Shown: positions 50,784 to 64,000 of the stretch, in pieces
Numbering within the stretch: position 1 is the first letter of the stretch
Layout of the letters: every line of letters begins with the position of its first letter
From: Camelus dromedarius
Lineage: Eukaryota
Length of the DNA: 64,000 bases
Reading direction: 5' to 3'
Assembly (NCBI RefSeq): GCF_036321535.1
Contig: NC_087436.1
Span: forward strand, 40,550,001-40,614,000
Translations under genes and position numbers: made by a program
The notes under the pieces: generated by a model
Database searches by the model: none
Seen by the model: the letters and a program-made list of their open reading frames with translations, nothing else
What the model was told of the DNA's origin: nothing

Positions 50784-51959
50784 AACTAAAAAAACTAAAG
50801 AACCTACTTTTATATAAAACTTAAATATTTAAGAGAATCTTGGTAGATACAACTTTTGTAAAGGCTCGAAATAATAGCAACAAAAAAATACCTTGATATT
50901 TAAAGTATTTTATTTTTAAAACATCATGGAAAAGATTTGACCACTATAAAATCTATATATGTTTACTCTTCATAAATGAGGTCACTGGATTTTGTTGTTC
51001 AGGTACATGGTCAAAAGAAGTAGTGATTTCTCTTTGTGTTCTTTTCTATTGTTCTCTTAATACATTACCAGTTGATCATATCTGTGCCTCTAATTTTATC
51101 AGAAGAATGACCAATAACAAAACAATTGGTCCTAAATGGTATATATTTATGCACATTTAAAAACAAATACCGGGCCCAGGCAGGAGAGAGGTCAGAAGGA
51201 GATGGAAGCAACTATGGGAGAGGTGAGGAGGGTAGGAAACCACACAGAGAAGGGATTCTGGATGCCTCCAAGGTTGACCTTGTTGGATCAGTAAGTGAAT
51301 CCATCGACCAAAGGGGTGGTCTGTTTATGGAGGTCAGTTCTCCACTTGGGTGAGTGCCTGGCAGTGGGGACTCTGAGGCAGCCAGCCTGGCCCTCCTCAT
51401 CTCCTGCCTCCTCATCTTCTGCCTCAGGCAACCTTTAGAGAAGGGGTCAACTGAGGGTCAGGCTAGGAAAAAAAATACCATAAGCCTTTTATTTTAGTTT
51501 TCATATCTTTAGTATTACTGATTTGAATATCCATTAAAGTTTCAGTTGTAAGTCCTAATAAATTTTGGAAAAATTTTTATTTAAAAACGATTACTCTGGT
51601 TTAGCTTAAATTGGCAGATATAAGACACCTTTGATGAAATTTATGACAACTGATTTAATATGTTATTATGCTGCCCACTGTATCAAAGCCATTTGGATAA
51701 TTTTATTTCAGGAAATGCAATTGCACTGTGCAAATGGACTTAAAAGTTCATGGGGAAAGATTGAGAGGATAAGTTGAAAAGGGAGAAAACATGCCAGATG
51801 CTGTGTTGCTTATATTGCCAGCATCCCAGGACTTGACAATGAGCTTAAAAGGTCACAGACGATTGTGAAGGATCAGGAAATACCATAAGAAGTAATGATA
51901 TTAAAAGGAGAACAGGAATAAACTTCATGCCAACACTTATCACTGACTTCTAAAATAAA

Positions 51960-52690
51960 CTAATTTTTAAGACTAATGTTTTTAGAGCAGTTTTAGGTTT
52001 ACAGCAAAATTGAGAAGGTATAGAGGTTTTCCATATGCCCCCTTTTTCCATATATGTATTACCCCCCCGCCCTCCCCCCCCCCCAAGCCTGTTATCAGCA
52101 TCACTCAACAGAATGGTACATTTTTACCAAGGAAGGACCTACATTGGTATATTGTCACCCAAAGTCCATAGTTTACATTATGGTTCACTCTTGGTTTTGT
52201 AAATTCTGTGTTTGGACAAATGTGTGATGTATACCATTCATTATAGTATCTCACAGAATATTTTCACTTCCCTAAAAATCTTCTGTGCTCTGCCTGTTCA
52301 TCTCTCCCACCCCACCCCTGGGAACCACTCATCTGTTTGTTGTCTGTGTAGTTTTTACCTTTTCCAGAATGTCATAATTGGTATGATACAGCAAGTAGCC
52401 TTTTCAAATTTCCTGATTTCACTTAGTCATGTGCATTTAAGTTTCCTCCATGTCTCTTCATGACTTGATGGCTCATTGCCTTTTATCACTGAATGGTATT
52501 CTGTTGTCTGGAGGTACCACAGTTTGTTTATCCATTCACTTGCTGAGGGGATGTCTTAGTTTCCAAGTTTTGCCAGTTAGGAATAAAGCTGCTATAAACA
52601 TCATGTATAGGCTTTTGCACAGACAGTTTTCAACTCCTCTGGTTTAATACCAAGGCACGTTATTGCTAAATCATATGGTAAGTGTACATG
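51960..52690 (-). mobile_element. Old L1 (L1MC-like) 3' end
   Basis: ttttagagcagttttaggtttacagcaaaattgag...caaagtccatagtttacatta...aataaagctgctataaacat, similar to 44980-45290. Confidence 0.75.
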
Positions 52691-53609
52691 TATTTTAATT
52701 ATTTTAAAAATAAATTATAGTGTGATATTTGCTCCCCAGTTAAATTCAGATACTTTAAATCAAAACAGAGTACCAGAGGACTGATGCTTGATTTATATAA
52801 TCAAGGATGTGGAATCTTACCACCTTATTTTTGGCCTATGTGGGCTTTTATTAATGATCATAGTATATGTCTTTTCTTTTAAAAGGGATTCTTCAGTAGA
52901 CTCTAGGCTGCTACTGCAATGATCCCCATCCCAGGTATAGTAAACTATAATCTTGATTTTTATCAGTGTCCCTGGCTAATGTGTGTACACATAAGCTTTG
53001 AGAAGTCTTATCCCACTGCAAGTGGGGCAAACAGAACAGTGGCAGCGTAACAGGAGGTGATATCCTTTATGGCTGGACATGACCTAAATAATGCCAGTGG
53101 GCCTATCTAAAGGCAGTCTTACGATTTTGACAGAAGGGTAGCTGTGTTAAAATCAGCTTAGACAGTATGGCCACTCTCAGATAGGACAGTGGTCACTTCA
53201 GCAACTAACAGTGTAACCAGAAACCCTCCAAGATGAAATAACTGATTTCCCCCCAATCAAATGCCAAGACACTGTATAAGCCACCCCACAGAACTCAAAG
53301 GCCATCATGAAGGAAAAGTAACAACAACAAATGTGGATGGGGAAAACCTTTATTTGATTTAGTTTTTACTTAACATCAGTTAAACTGAACTATGTAGTCA
53401 TGTTTCATGTATAGCTTATTTTTGTGCACTGGGAAATTGTGTACCCAATAGACAGCAAACATGGAAATCAAGACTAATCTTTTTTTTTTTGTCAAATAAT
53501 TAAGCAATTGTTTGTCAAAGTTTATTTCCTGCTGATGAACATTGTCCTATTTCTTAGTGCTTCCAACCTTCCCTTGGATGATACACTTACCTTATAATTT
53601 AGGAAACCC

Positions 53610-54003
53610 GTTGATTTATCCTCCTCAGCTGCCATAACAAAATGCCTTAGAATGGGTGGTGCTAACAGTGGAAATTTATTTTCTCACTATCCTGGAGGCT
53701 AGAGGCCCAAGATCAAGGTGACCTCAGTGTTGGTGTTTGGTGAGGTCTCTCTTCCTGGCTTGCAGACAGCAGCCTTCTTGCTATGTGTCTTTACCTGGAC
53801 TTTCCTCTGTGTGTGTGTATAGAGAGAGAGAGAGAGACCCCTCCTTATGTTCTTTCCTCCTCTTATAAGGACACCAGCCATATCCTTATTACTTCATTTA
53901 ACCTTAATTAGCACCTTAAAAGTCCTATCTCCAAATATAACAACATTGTGGGGTAAGACTTCAACATAGGAATTTGGGGAGGACAGAATTCATTGCCTAC
54001 CAC
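53610..54003 (-). mobile_element. MLT1-type MaLR solo LTR
   Basis: ctgccataacaaaa...aaatttattttctcac...ctggaggctag...aagatcaaggtg...cttcctggcttgcagac...tataaggacacc pattern. Confidence 0.8.
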
Positions 54004-57000
54004 ACATTTTATGACAGACAGGTACATACTTATTTGAAAGCCTCTTGGCCAAATCCAAGGTAAATTGTATTTATGCACAAAGATCCCCTGTGCGAGGGCA
54101 TCAGGTTGCCCTCCATCCCTTTGTGATGCCATCAGAGGCACTTACAATTCCAAGTCCAGATCAGTTGCTGCCATGAGCATTTCACAGGGAAGGTTGTGGC
54201 TGTCTTTTCTGCAATGTCTGGTATCAGAGGTAAAGTTTGAGAGTCAGGTCTATAAAAAAACAAATCTATTTCCATTTTTATTTCATTTTTAATTTTTAAA
54301 TTTTTTTTATAATTTTATATTTTTTATTTTTAATAGATTAAAAATCTTCCACTTTTTTAACCTTTTGTGAAGTAAAGTTTATTCTCTTAGCTGGTGTGAA
54401 CTGTTCCCAGGAAGCCTGGCAGATGTCCCGCTATGCTAATGGGAGTAGTCACCATGTCTGTCTTCTCTGTATTAGCAGTTTCTTCTATGTTTTAAAAGCA
54501 GTTTCTTTTATTTATATTTTATTATGTTTATTATGTTCTATTTATGTTTTAAAAGCAATTTCTTTTATTTGTTTTAATAAGTGACATTCTCTGAAGATCA
54601 GATGAGATTGATATTAGGCCAAACAGTATTTTTCTACAATCCTCAAATAAAATATTGGATTAAATTATATAGAAGTTTTTTTATAGGTCCAACCATTATG
54701 ACTTCCAGTTGCCTCAAATCCTAGGAATTTTTTTCATTTCAACAAATATTTATAAAAGTCTATCTATGCTACTCTTTTAGGCTTATCAATTTTCTTTTAT
54801 TTAGGATTCTTTTGTTGTGGATGGAAGGGACAATCACTATAACTGGCTTACAGATATAGGGATACTTGATCAATGAAATATGGCCAAACTCTTGGGGAAA
54901 AACTGAACAGAGACCACAAAACTCTTTTTCATGTGATATTTCTTGTGCATTCCCACTTCATGCTTCTCTCTTTACAAAGCTTCTTCATTTTCTTTAGTCC
55001 AACTGCTCCATTAAAAACCCAAGGTTTACATATTATAGCTGAAGCCTCTGTATACATATACACTAATTCAATTCAGTCCCAGCTTTCCCAGAGTAACCTG
55101 TCTTCACCTGACACAGGGTACAACTCCTGGACCAATCAGTCTTTGTAGGGTGTTTTAAAAGGAGCTGTGACTACTCTGCTAGAGACAGTCGCCCTAAGAA
55201 GGATGATACTGAACTTAGAGATACTCAGGCCGTTTGATATACTAGAGATGGAATGAGGAGACAGGTCTGAGAAAAGGGAGATGGAGGCTGTTCAGGCAAC
55301 GTCCTTCAAGTGCAACCCTGACCTTGGTTATACGAGGTGCTCATGTGTTCTGAGCTCTGTGTGGAGAGTCTGTGTCATTGGATCTCACTGCTCACTTCTG
55401 GTGTTCATCTCCAGGATCTTGAGCTCAATCACAGCTGTGATTTAATATATCACTTTAAAATGTCATTATCTCCCACCCTCAGATCCATCCTATTCTGCCA
55501 TTGGCTGGGCTTTGCTATCATTGAACCTCTTAACAGTATAAACTTTACTATTGTCTGGCATTTCTTGTGAAAGCTTTCAATAAATATTCTGGCTTCATCA
55601 TAAGGATCTCATTTTCCTGAGAGAACAAGCCACCTAGAGCCACATCCTGAAAGTTACACATGCACTGAATTCCAGCAATCATCATGAGTTCCAGAGAAAA
55701 ACTAGTATTACCATTAAAGAGTCCCCAGTACTGTCACCCCAGATTTATAGAGGAAGAACCATAGGAGTCTAACATGCTTGAACTCCTTGAGAGTAATTCT
55801 TTATGTAACATCTTATATCTCTCAATGCTGGCATGCTGCCTGAAGCATATATAAGCTCAGTAACTGAAATAATGTTATTTTTCTAAACAATTTTAATCAA
55901 AATATTACTTCAAAATTAGTACTGGAATTACTATTGGAGATGTGTTAAAAGTCTTAAGAAATTGATACATTTCTGAGCTGTACTGTACTTACATTTCATT
56001 GTCCATTTTTAACCTTTTATTGATTTCTGAATCATACACAAATTTTAAGTAAAGCATTTCTAAATTGAAAAAAATTGATTAGCATTTTAAAGGAGTAATT
56101 ACCAAAATAATATAAAGGAAAGTGTGTCTTGCTTCTGAATTTTTCAGATCAGTGCTTCTCATGTATTCAATTGTTCTTCCCAAAACTCAATGTAAATTCT
56201 AAATGAAATTTCTCAATCTTACATCAAAATAAGAGGTTTGCCTAGTAGACAGACTAAATATTTTAAAAGTGCTTAAAAGAAGATACTAACAGAGCATACT
56301 ATGTATTTTTTCCAAACTTTTTAATTCTAGTAAGAGTTAAATTTCTTCATTTAATTATTTATTTATTCATCAATTACGGCTCAAAAAAATAGCCTTGAGA
56401 AATCAAGAGATTTTTGTAGACATCTGTGAGGATCATCAACCATAAACTTCTTACATATGGACCATCAAGTATTGGTTACAATATAGACCACATGCTAAAA
56501 GACAGAGGAGGATAAAGCCTTTAAGATTGTGTGTCAGGAGGACACCTGCCAGCATGTGTGACAAATGTTAATTATTCATCAAGAACTCAAATTTTTCTGC
56601 TTTAAGTTTTACAAAAAAAGAATCCAGCTTTCACATTTACACAGGAAATAAGAAACTTAGCAATACTGGAAAATTCAGAAATGCCCATACACTAACAAGT
56701 CATTTGTCAACTTTCAATTGGTTAAATTTTCAACAACAAAAAATGATCCAAAACATGTCAACTAAAACATATTTACATTGAAATAAATGTTAACCAAAGG
56801 AGTCATTCAAAAATTAACTCCCCAGGAGCATTGACAACTATAAACTGTTTACTCTTGTTACCTTTAATGATAAATTTAGTTGAAAAACCACAATCTTAAA
56901 CATTTGATCATGTAAATCCAAATTAAATGTCACAAATAGGCAAATACAAACACACTCAGCCCCAAACCCTGGGCTCTCGGTTCCTGAGTTTCAACTCCCC

Positions 57001-57059
57001 AGTGGTCATTTCTTCTAACCCACCCCATCCATAACTACTGTAGTCATGTCCAAGACATT

Positions 57060-58125
57060 GTCAGCAGCAATAACCACGTCACCTTCACATTGTTGATTTC
57101 AGGCCTCTTTTCTGTTAGTATCACTAGCTTTCCAGTTCTAGCATTCTTAATCCCAAAGTCCATGAACCCAACAGATTTTCAATCCAATTTTCACTCTGCT
57201 CTTTATCTTCCTTTCCCATTTTACCTAACTTAGATTCCACAGTTACTGGAATCAACCTTCTTGCAGTCTCTTGCCTTCTTACTTTACTGCAAAGAGTTAA
57301 AAACAAACAGAAAAACCAATCACTCCTCACTCATCACCCTTCTGTGGCTTCAGCCATTCTGTGAAGGTGGCTGGAGAGAAGTGTAGAACCTTACTAACTG
57401 CATGTTACTTTCAGTTTAGAAAGTTGCATCTCAAATTGGCCTTGAGCATTGCCTCATGCATTTCTCCGGTCTACTTGCTTTCCTACTGCTGTAGAGCTAT
57501 GACACAATTTTACCACTCTTCTCACATCCCCCAAACCCTCTCCCCACTTCTCATTCTAAACAGATGATCTTGCTTCTCATTCCACAAGAAAATACAAATA
57601 ATCAGGAGAAAACTACCTAATGATCTTATTACAAAAATCATTAGCCCACCTCCATCTATACATTTATTCTTTGCCTCCCCTTCTGTTACACTGGATTAAA
57701 TGCCTCTGTCCTATACAAGGCTTCGCTTGCACTTTGAATTTCAATTTCCCAAGTACCCAGTGATCTCCACATCAAGCAAACATCTGAACTAACATCTTAG
57801 CAGCATAAACATAGTCGATTACTTCTTCCTTCTTGAAAAACTTTCTTCTCTAAGAGGATGCCATGCTGTTCTACTTTTATTAATACTTTACTGTTTGCTT
57901 CCTTTTCCAGACTCAATTTGCACTGTTTGGCATGATCAGAACTCTGTCCTCCAGCCAGATCTATTACCTATCTAAGTTTAATCCATAATTTACTCAACCA
58001 GTCCCTTGGCTTTCAGTATTAGCAGCAATTTTAATGATATAAATCTGTTTTATCCCTATATACTGGGTTCACATCCAATTGACTAAATTATATTTTTCTT
58101 GGATGTGTAATAAAGTATTTAAAAC
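57060..58125 (-). mobile_element. Probable L2 relic
   Basis: CT-rich degenerate sequence with L2-like blocks such as gatgatcttgcttctcattccacaagaaaat and cttccttcttgaaaaactttcttc. Confidence 0.5.
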
Positions 58126-58212
58126 TTGTGATCCAGTTGATGGCAATAAACACACGTCTAATTTTAGGACCATTCACTATTAAGACTTTTTCTTAAATTC
58201 GTTTTAATGTGA

Positions 58213-58808
58213 CAGTTCATTCTCATTGTTCTCAGTAGTTGTTTTATAAAGTCACCATAAACACTGACTTAGTGATGACTGAGTCATCGATCCCAGAGGA
58301 AATTCAGGGTTAGGTCCCAGTAAGCCTCTGGTTATAACATATTCATCAACCAGTCAACACATAATCTTGTTTTGTGTGTTTCTGTATAAAGATATTGTAT
58401 TTAACATATATGTTGATTCCTTAACATTGGACTCATGGCCAGTGGTACTATAACTCATGCCTGAAACTTATCGAACACACATATTTTCTCCATAAAGCAC
58501 ATCACAGCCTTCCTGCATTTTGAAACTTTAGACAGCACCTCAGCACCAGTAAATAGCCCCCAAATGTGAAAACATGACACTACGCTGTAGGACACTTGTT
58601 TACAGTCTGAGAACTGAAACTGGAAGCAAAATATCACTTTGTTTGATCTCAACTGGGAATCTGTGTTGAGCAGCACTATATTTTCCCACTCTGTTCAAGG
58701 GTATTTGCAAATTACTACCAGTGATTGAGGTTATTGATTTTGATGTTACACAATGTGTGGGTGGGAAAATTTGCAAGTATAGAATCTGTGACTAATGAGC
58801 CTCAACTG
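58213..58808. mobile_element. MER82-like Tigger DNA transposon relic
   Basis: Imperfect terminal inverted repeats cagttcattctcatt... and ...aatgagcctcaactg, followed by TA; about 600 bp. Confidence 0.7.
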
Positions 58809-58877
58809 TATATATGAATTTACAAAGAAAGATACATGTGTTTCATTCAGTGGCTTGCTATCATTTTTAATAACTTC

Positions 58878-59349
58878 TGTGATGAATTGAATTGAGTTCA
58901 TCCAAAATTTATGTTCAAGTCCTAATCTCCAGTACCTAAGAATGTGACTTTATTTGGAAATAGGGTCATAGAGATGTAATTAGTTAAGATGAGGTCATAC
59001 TGGTGTAGGGTGGTTCCCACACCAATATTATGGGTGCCCTGATAGAAAATTTGGCAGGCAGGCAGACAGACAGACACACACACACACACACACACAATGT
59101 CATGTGAAGGTAAAGGCAGAGATTGAGCTGATGTAACAGGAGCCAAGGAACACCAGAGACTGCTAGCAAACTCTTAGAAGCTAGGAGAGAGACAGGGAGT
59201 GCATTCTCCCTCAGAGCCTTCAGAAGAAACCAACCCTGTGGACACACTCGTATTGGGATTTTTAGCTCTAAAACTGTGAGACAATACATTTCTGTGTAAG
59301 CTACCCAGTTTGTGATACTTTGTTTTGGCGTCCCTAGAAATGTAATACA
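58878..59349 (+). mobile_element. MLT1C-like MaLR solo LTR
   Basis: TG...CA termini with gaatgtgactttatttggaaatagggtc, gttaagatgaggtcatac, aggagccaaggaacacca and ttctccctcagagccttcagaa. Confidence 0.85.
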
Positions 59350-60839
59350 GCAGGGTTTGGAGAAAATATAATTGCTAAGCACAAAATCCACAGGAGAAAA
59401 ATGTGCAAGTTCCCGGTATAAATTGTCCAGGACATTGGTATTCATCTGCCCATAAAAGACTCTTACCTCCATGAAGATATCTGAGAATGTGCTTATAAAG
59501 ATTTTGGAGATTAGGTTTCTCTCTTCCTTCGTAAACCCTATGCTTAATTTTATGCTTGTGTCACTTTTTTTTTTGTCCAAGGTGAAATACCATGGTGATA
59601 GAGGCATGATTATTTCACTTCTGGTATTTAAGAGAGTGCTTCTAAGATTTGCTATTGCACAGTCCTTTTGATTTAACCCTTACATTCATTAAAAGGTCAC
59701 TAAGTTTCTTAGGTAAATATAAGGAATGTATTGTCAGCTTGCATATAAAAGATAGTTGAAAATAGGCCAACATTATGCTGTATACCAGAAATTGATAAAT
59801 TATAACTGATTATACTTCAATTAAAAAAATGATAAAGATTAAAAGATGGAAAGTAGGCCCTCAAGTATAAATATGGACAATTTCTAACAAATTAAAGGAT
59901 GTTACAATGGTCTTTCTCAAGGAGCCAGAGACAAAAACCAAGAGATTTAGAGAAAAATGGATATGGTTTACAATACCAGAGGTCAGAATACAGCCCTACT
60001 AAAGGAACCTTCTTTGTGCCTAGATTTGGAGAAACTGGCACCATGGACTGGGCTGGATTTAAGGATTAGTACCAATTGGTGACCCTATGAGCTTCCTTTT
60101 CTTTCCTCTTTAAAATGAGAGCATCTATTTTCGTTTCCATGTCCTCAGTTCATCACTGTATGTAGTGTGGGTGGGAAATGGACAGATAAATTAGTTTTAA
60201 TTCACAGGTCTCCAGCTCAAGAATTTCTGAGGAGACTTATCCACATCCAGATCTGATTCAGATGACGAGCTTCCGCTACCATGATGAGATGATACTTTGA
60301 GGGTCTTGGGAGGAAGTGGGTAAATTTTGCCTGTGGAATATATGTAAAGTATGGCAGTCAGAGAGCTGTGGCGGATTTTCTCCAGAGTTGACCACTAGCA
60401 CTTTATCCCATTATCATCCATTTGTAGACCACACTATCTTATTGGTCCAGTGGAGTGCATCCTATGGCATATTAGCTGCTGATGAAAATGTTAGAGTCCC
60501 ATAATTCATTAAAACTATGCATGTATATCATTTACAGTTAAGAAAAGTGAGCTGCATTAAAACATGGACTGGGTCATTTTCCCCCTTCTGGTCCAAGAGC
60601 AAACTGATTCCAGTTAAAACCAAAGATATTATCTTACTTAAATCACCATGGACTAAACTTCTAAAACTTATCTTGTCAGTATATTATGATCTATAAATGT
60701 TGTTTTCACTATCTATTAATTCACCATATCATCCTGTTTTCTTCAAGTATGCCTTTATGTTTCATCAATTGACATTCCATTCCTGCTTGAGGAAGTTGCC
60801 AATATCTAAGAACTGCTGGATCAGCCCTATTTACTTTTT

Positions 60840-61500
60840 CTTAAAAAAGAACCATTTGTACAGGAAGAAAACTTGCAAATATTAGAATTTATATATACCC
60901 TGCATACAGTTTTCCCTATTACCATATCATATTAATGATATATTTGTTAATGAATCAATTAATGAATCAATATTGATCATTATTTGAAACTAGAGTGTAT
61001 CCTGTATTCAAATGTCTGTTCCAGGACACCACCTTACACTTAGTTCTCATGTCTCCATAGGTTCCTTATAAGTATGACAATTTCTCACACTTCCCTTGTT
61101 TTTGATGACTTTGACCATGTTGAGAAGTGCTGGTTTGGTGTATTATAAGACTCCCTTTTATTAGAATTAGTATAATGTTTTTCTCATAATTAGATGGCAT
61201 AAGCTTTGGGGACGAAGATCATAGGATAACGAACAATTTTTTTCTCATCTTAAGGGTAATCCTGTCAACATGACTTATTGATGTTAATGTTGACCTTTGT
61301 AGCCTGGCTGGACTGTGTTTTGTCAGGCTTCTCTACTGTAGAGTTATATTTTTTCCCCATTTCCATAGTGCATTCTTTGGAAGGAAGTCAGTATGCAGAG
61401 TCAGCATTTAAGAAGTGGGGAATTAACGATTCTACTCCATGAGGATGGAATATGTGCATGCATTATTTGGAATTCTTAAGTATGGGAGATTTATCTTTTA
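60840..61500 (-). mobile_element. Old L1 (L1MC/ME-like) 3' fragment
   Basis: ctgttccaggacaccaccttacacttagtt...gtttttgatgactttgac...ggcttctctactgtagagtta pattern. Confidence 0.55.
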
Positions 61501-64000
61501 TTTATTTAATAATATATTTATGTAATCATATGTATGAGTAAACCAAATAGTGATCTGAGTCCTTCTGAAAGATTAAAACCTTAATTCTATTCAAATGAAA
61601 GACTGTTAGGGCTACTCTGGATAGAACATCATAGATCTAATGAAATCTGTGCAAACGAAAGGGATACAAAACAGTTTAAGGAGAACAGTGTAAGCAGCGT
61701 ATTGTAAACACATTATGGGTTAAATACCAAAACTTAATCATCCTTTCAGCATCTCACACATTTAAATTTATTTGAAATCTCCAAAAATTTAATATCTGCA
61801 CACCAGAATTTCTTTCCCAAGTTATTGCTATCCAAATCATTAACTATCACAGTGAAGTTCCTATACTATAGCTGATCGTTTTTCTTCAAGCCATGATGTT
61901 TTAGGCTTTAGACTTTCAAAGTACAGATTTTTGATTGCCTTATGTAAACTAAAACAAACATTAACTTTTTAAAACTAATGGACATATAACATATACCATA
62001 TTAATGAAAAAACAGCATTGGTTTCTCTCAGAAAATTTAACTATGTGATTAATATGATCATATTTTACTGAAAATCGTGACTAGTAAGAATTTTAAAAAC
62101 CTTACTAGCAAAGACTTTCAAAAGCTGAATGGTAATCCTATGTCTTCAATGAACATCTTCTGAAAACTCAGAACTGAGCAGATGTGAGGGAGGAAATGGA
62201 GGGGAAGAGCCTAGAGGAATGAAAGAAGTGAGAAAATCAACTACATAGACGTAGTGTATAACACAACACACTTTATATAGCCTTATTTTTTCAGGGATTT
62301 TCAATTGAAGAATAATGAATATAAAGAAAAGAATGAAAATAAAAACAAATATGTAACATCAGTAATAGTCAACTAGAGAAACACAGTATTGCACAAAGAT
62401 TGTCAAAATATTACCTAGACATTTAATTTACTACTTGTGAAAGTTATATGAATCATTTATGAACAAAATTTGTGTGATGTGTTGTATTCCTTGTTAGAGT
62501 ATCACGTAAAATGTTTGCAGCATGGTATAGTGTATACTGTATAGATACAATATAGATTTATATTTTTAGTACATTATATATGTATATAGCTTTTTTTTTT
62601 TGCCACAGCACATATTGCTTAGATAAACATAGAAGCTGGTACATCTATTCTTAACATCTGGTATTGTTTTAAAGATGAATTGCCCCCTGTTAATTGTAAA
62701 GACGTATGTTAAGAAAATAAGCACTGAGTAACATTTTACTTTGCATGCAAAATGAAGAATGCATTTACAGAGCAAAATCTGAATGGGTTTTTAAAAATGA
62801 CATTGTACCAATACATTTTTCTTTGAGGAAGGCATTAGGCTGGTTTTTCCTAGTAAGCTTACGTTGACCATTCTGTTTTAGGCATGTGTTGTGTAAATGC
62901 AGAGGAATATTTAAGTTGTGTTCTAGTCCAGCAGACCAGGACTTCCTGTCTCACAGAAGAATGAGCACTAATACAGATTTCACAGCAACTAGCCTTTTAT
63001 TTCCATTGTGGTAATTTGCCCAGGAGACAGCCTAGCACACTATTGTATTTCTCTGTATCTAGAAAAAAAAGTATCAGTTTTTTTTTTTTTAATTAATAGG
63101 ACTCGTTCTTTTTGCAATGACTTAAATTTTTAAAAATTGGATTATCTTGGCAGAAGTCAGTCCTTTTGATTACAAACGTATTGGTTCACAGTGGGAAAAC
63201 AGGATTTGGTTTCAACCTGAATAAAAACAAGATATATTTCTACAAATTTATTAACCTTAGATTTGGCTTATTTCAGTAGTGTGAGGGTATGTGTGTAATA
63301 CAACACACATAGACATTCACTGAATAATGTTTAACTCACTGTCCTCACTTGTGATACCACAGAAAAATCAGATAAGGATCTCCTTGAAGGATATTTTCAT
63401 TTTATAAGAGAGATGCTATAGATATGACTTAGCAAGCTTGTATACTTTATGTAGCAATCCAAAAGTTACACTGATAGACAACGTGGCGGTCAGGAGATGT
63501 TTAGATAGTGGAGTAACTGTGAGTAGAAATTAGAGAACCACTGGAACATTGTATCCATTATTAGAATATAGGTGATAAATAACTTAGGAAAGATGGATGG
63601 ATAGATGGAAAGTTTGAGGAAAGCCCTGAGAGCTGACTTGGGAAGAATGAAATATTTTGTATTATATGTTGAGATATATATATATATATCAAAAATATAT
63701 ATATATATTTTTTATTATATATATAATTATATATAAGATTATTCCTTACAAAATATGCTTGTAGAAATTTGTTCAAATGGTCTACTTAACCTAACAAGAC
63801 TAGCGTGATACTTATATAGTGGTTGGGTATTTACAGTAAGATCAAAGGAACCATATTTAACAAATTTTTGCAAAGTTAGTAAAATTAGTAGAAGTGAAAG
63901 GATATTCATTTATATTTAATTGCATTTATTATATCTAATTTAGACATCTTGCCTCACTATTCAGTTTTTTAAATAGACCAGCACTTTCTACTTATAGCGT

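Noticed and set aside
58984..59607. 207-aa minus-strand ORF
   Set aside because: It runs through an MLT1 LTR and a CA repeat and is most likely a chance frame.

Overview
AT-rich, repeat-dense mammalian DNA, probably camelid, judging by a tRNA-Ala-derived Vic-1-like SINE at 7201-7448. It contains L1, L2, MLT, MER and solo-LTR relics and a CpG island at about 19140-19640 whose gene I could not identify. The main element is a 6.3 kb two-LTR endogenous retrovirus on the minus strand (27429-33745, target-site duplication CTGAC). It has a perfect tRNA-Ser primer-binding site, a class III (ERV-L/ERV-S-type) gag-pro-pol and a gamma-type env, so it is an ERV-S-like provirus. It is inactivated by heavy G-to-A (APOBEC3-like) editing and frameshifts. 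The most unusual signal is that the env exon has no start codon or signal peptide of its own. Instead, an ATG in the 5' LTR (33427) opens a 43-codon leader with a hydrophobic stretch that runs through U5 and the PBS to a consensus splice donor, and this donor joins in frame to a consensus acceptor at the end of pol. This suggests an LTR-encoded, spliced-on Env signal peptide, overlapping a second U5 ATG that is in frame with gag. Other notable points are an amber gag-pro junction followed by a hairpin, a possible degenerate dUTPase-like segment after integrase, and a 45-bp U3 duplication. Repeat family names come from recalled consensus similarity, not database searches.
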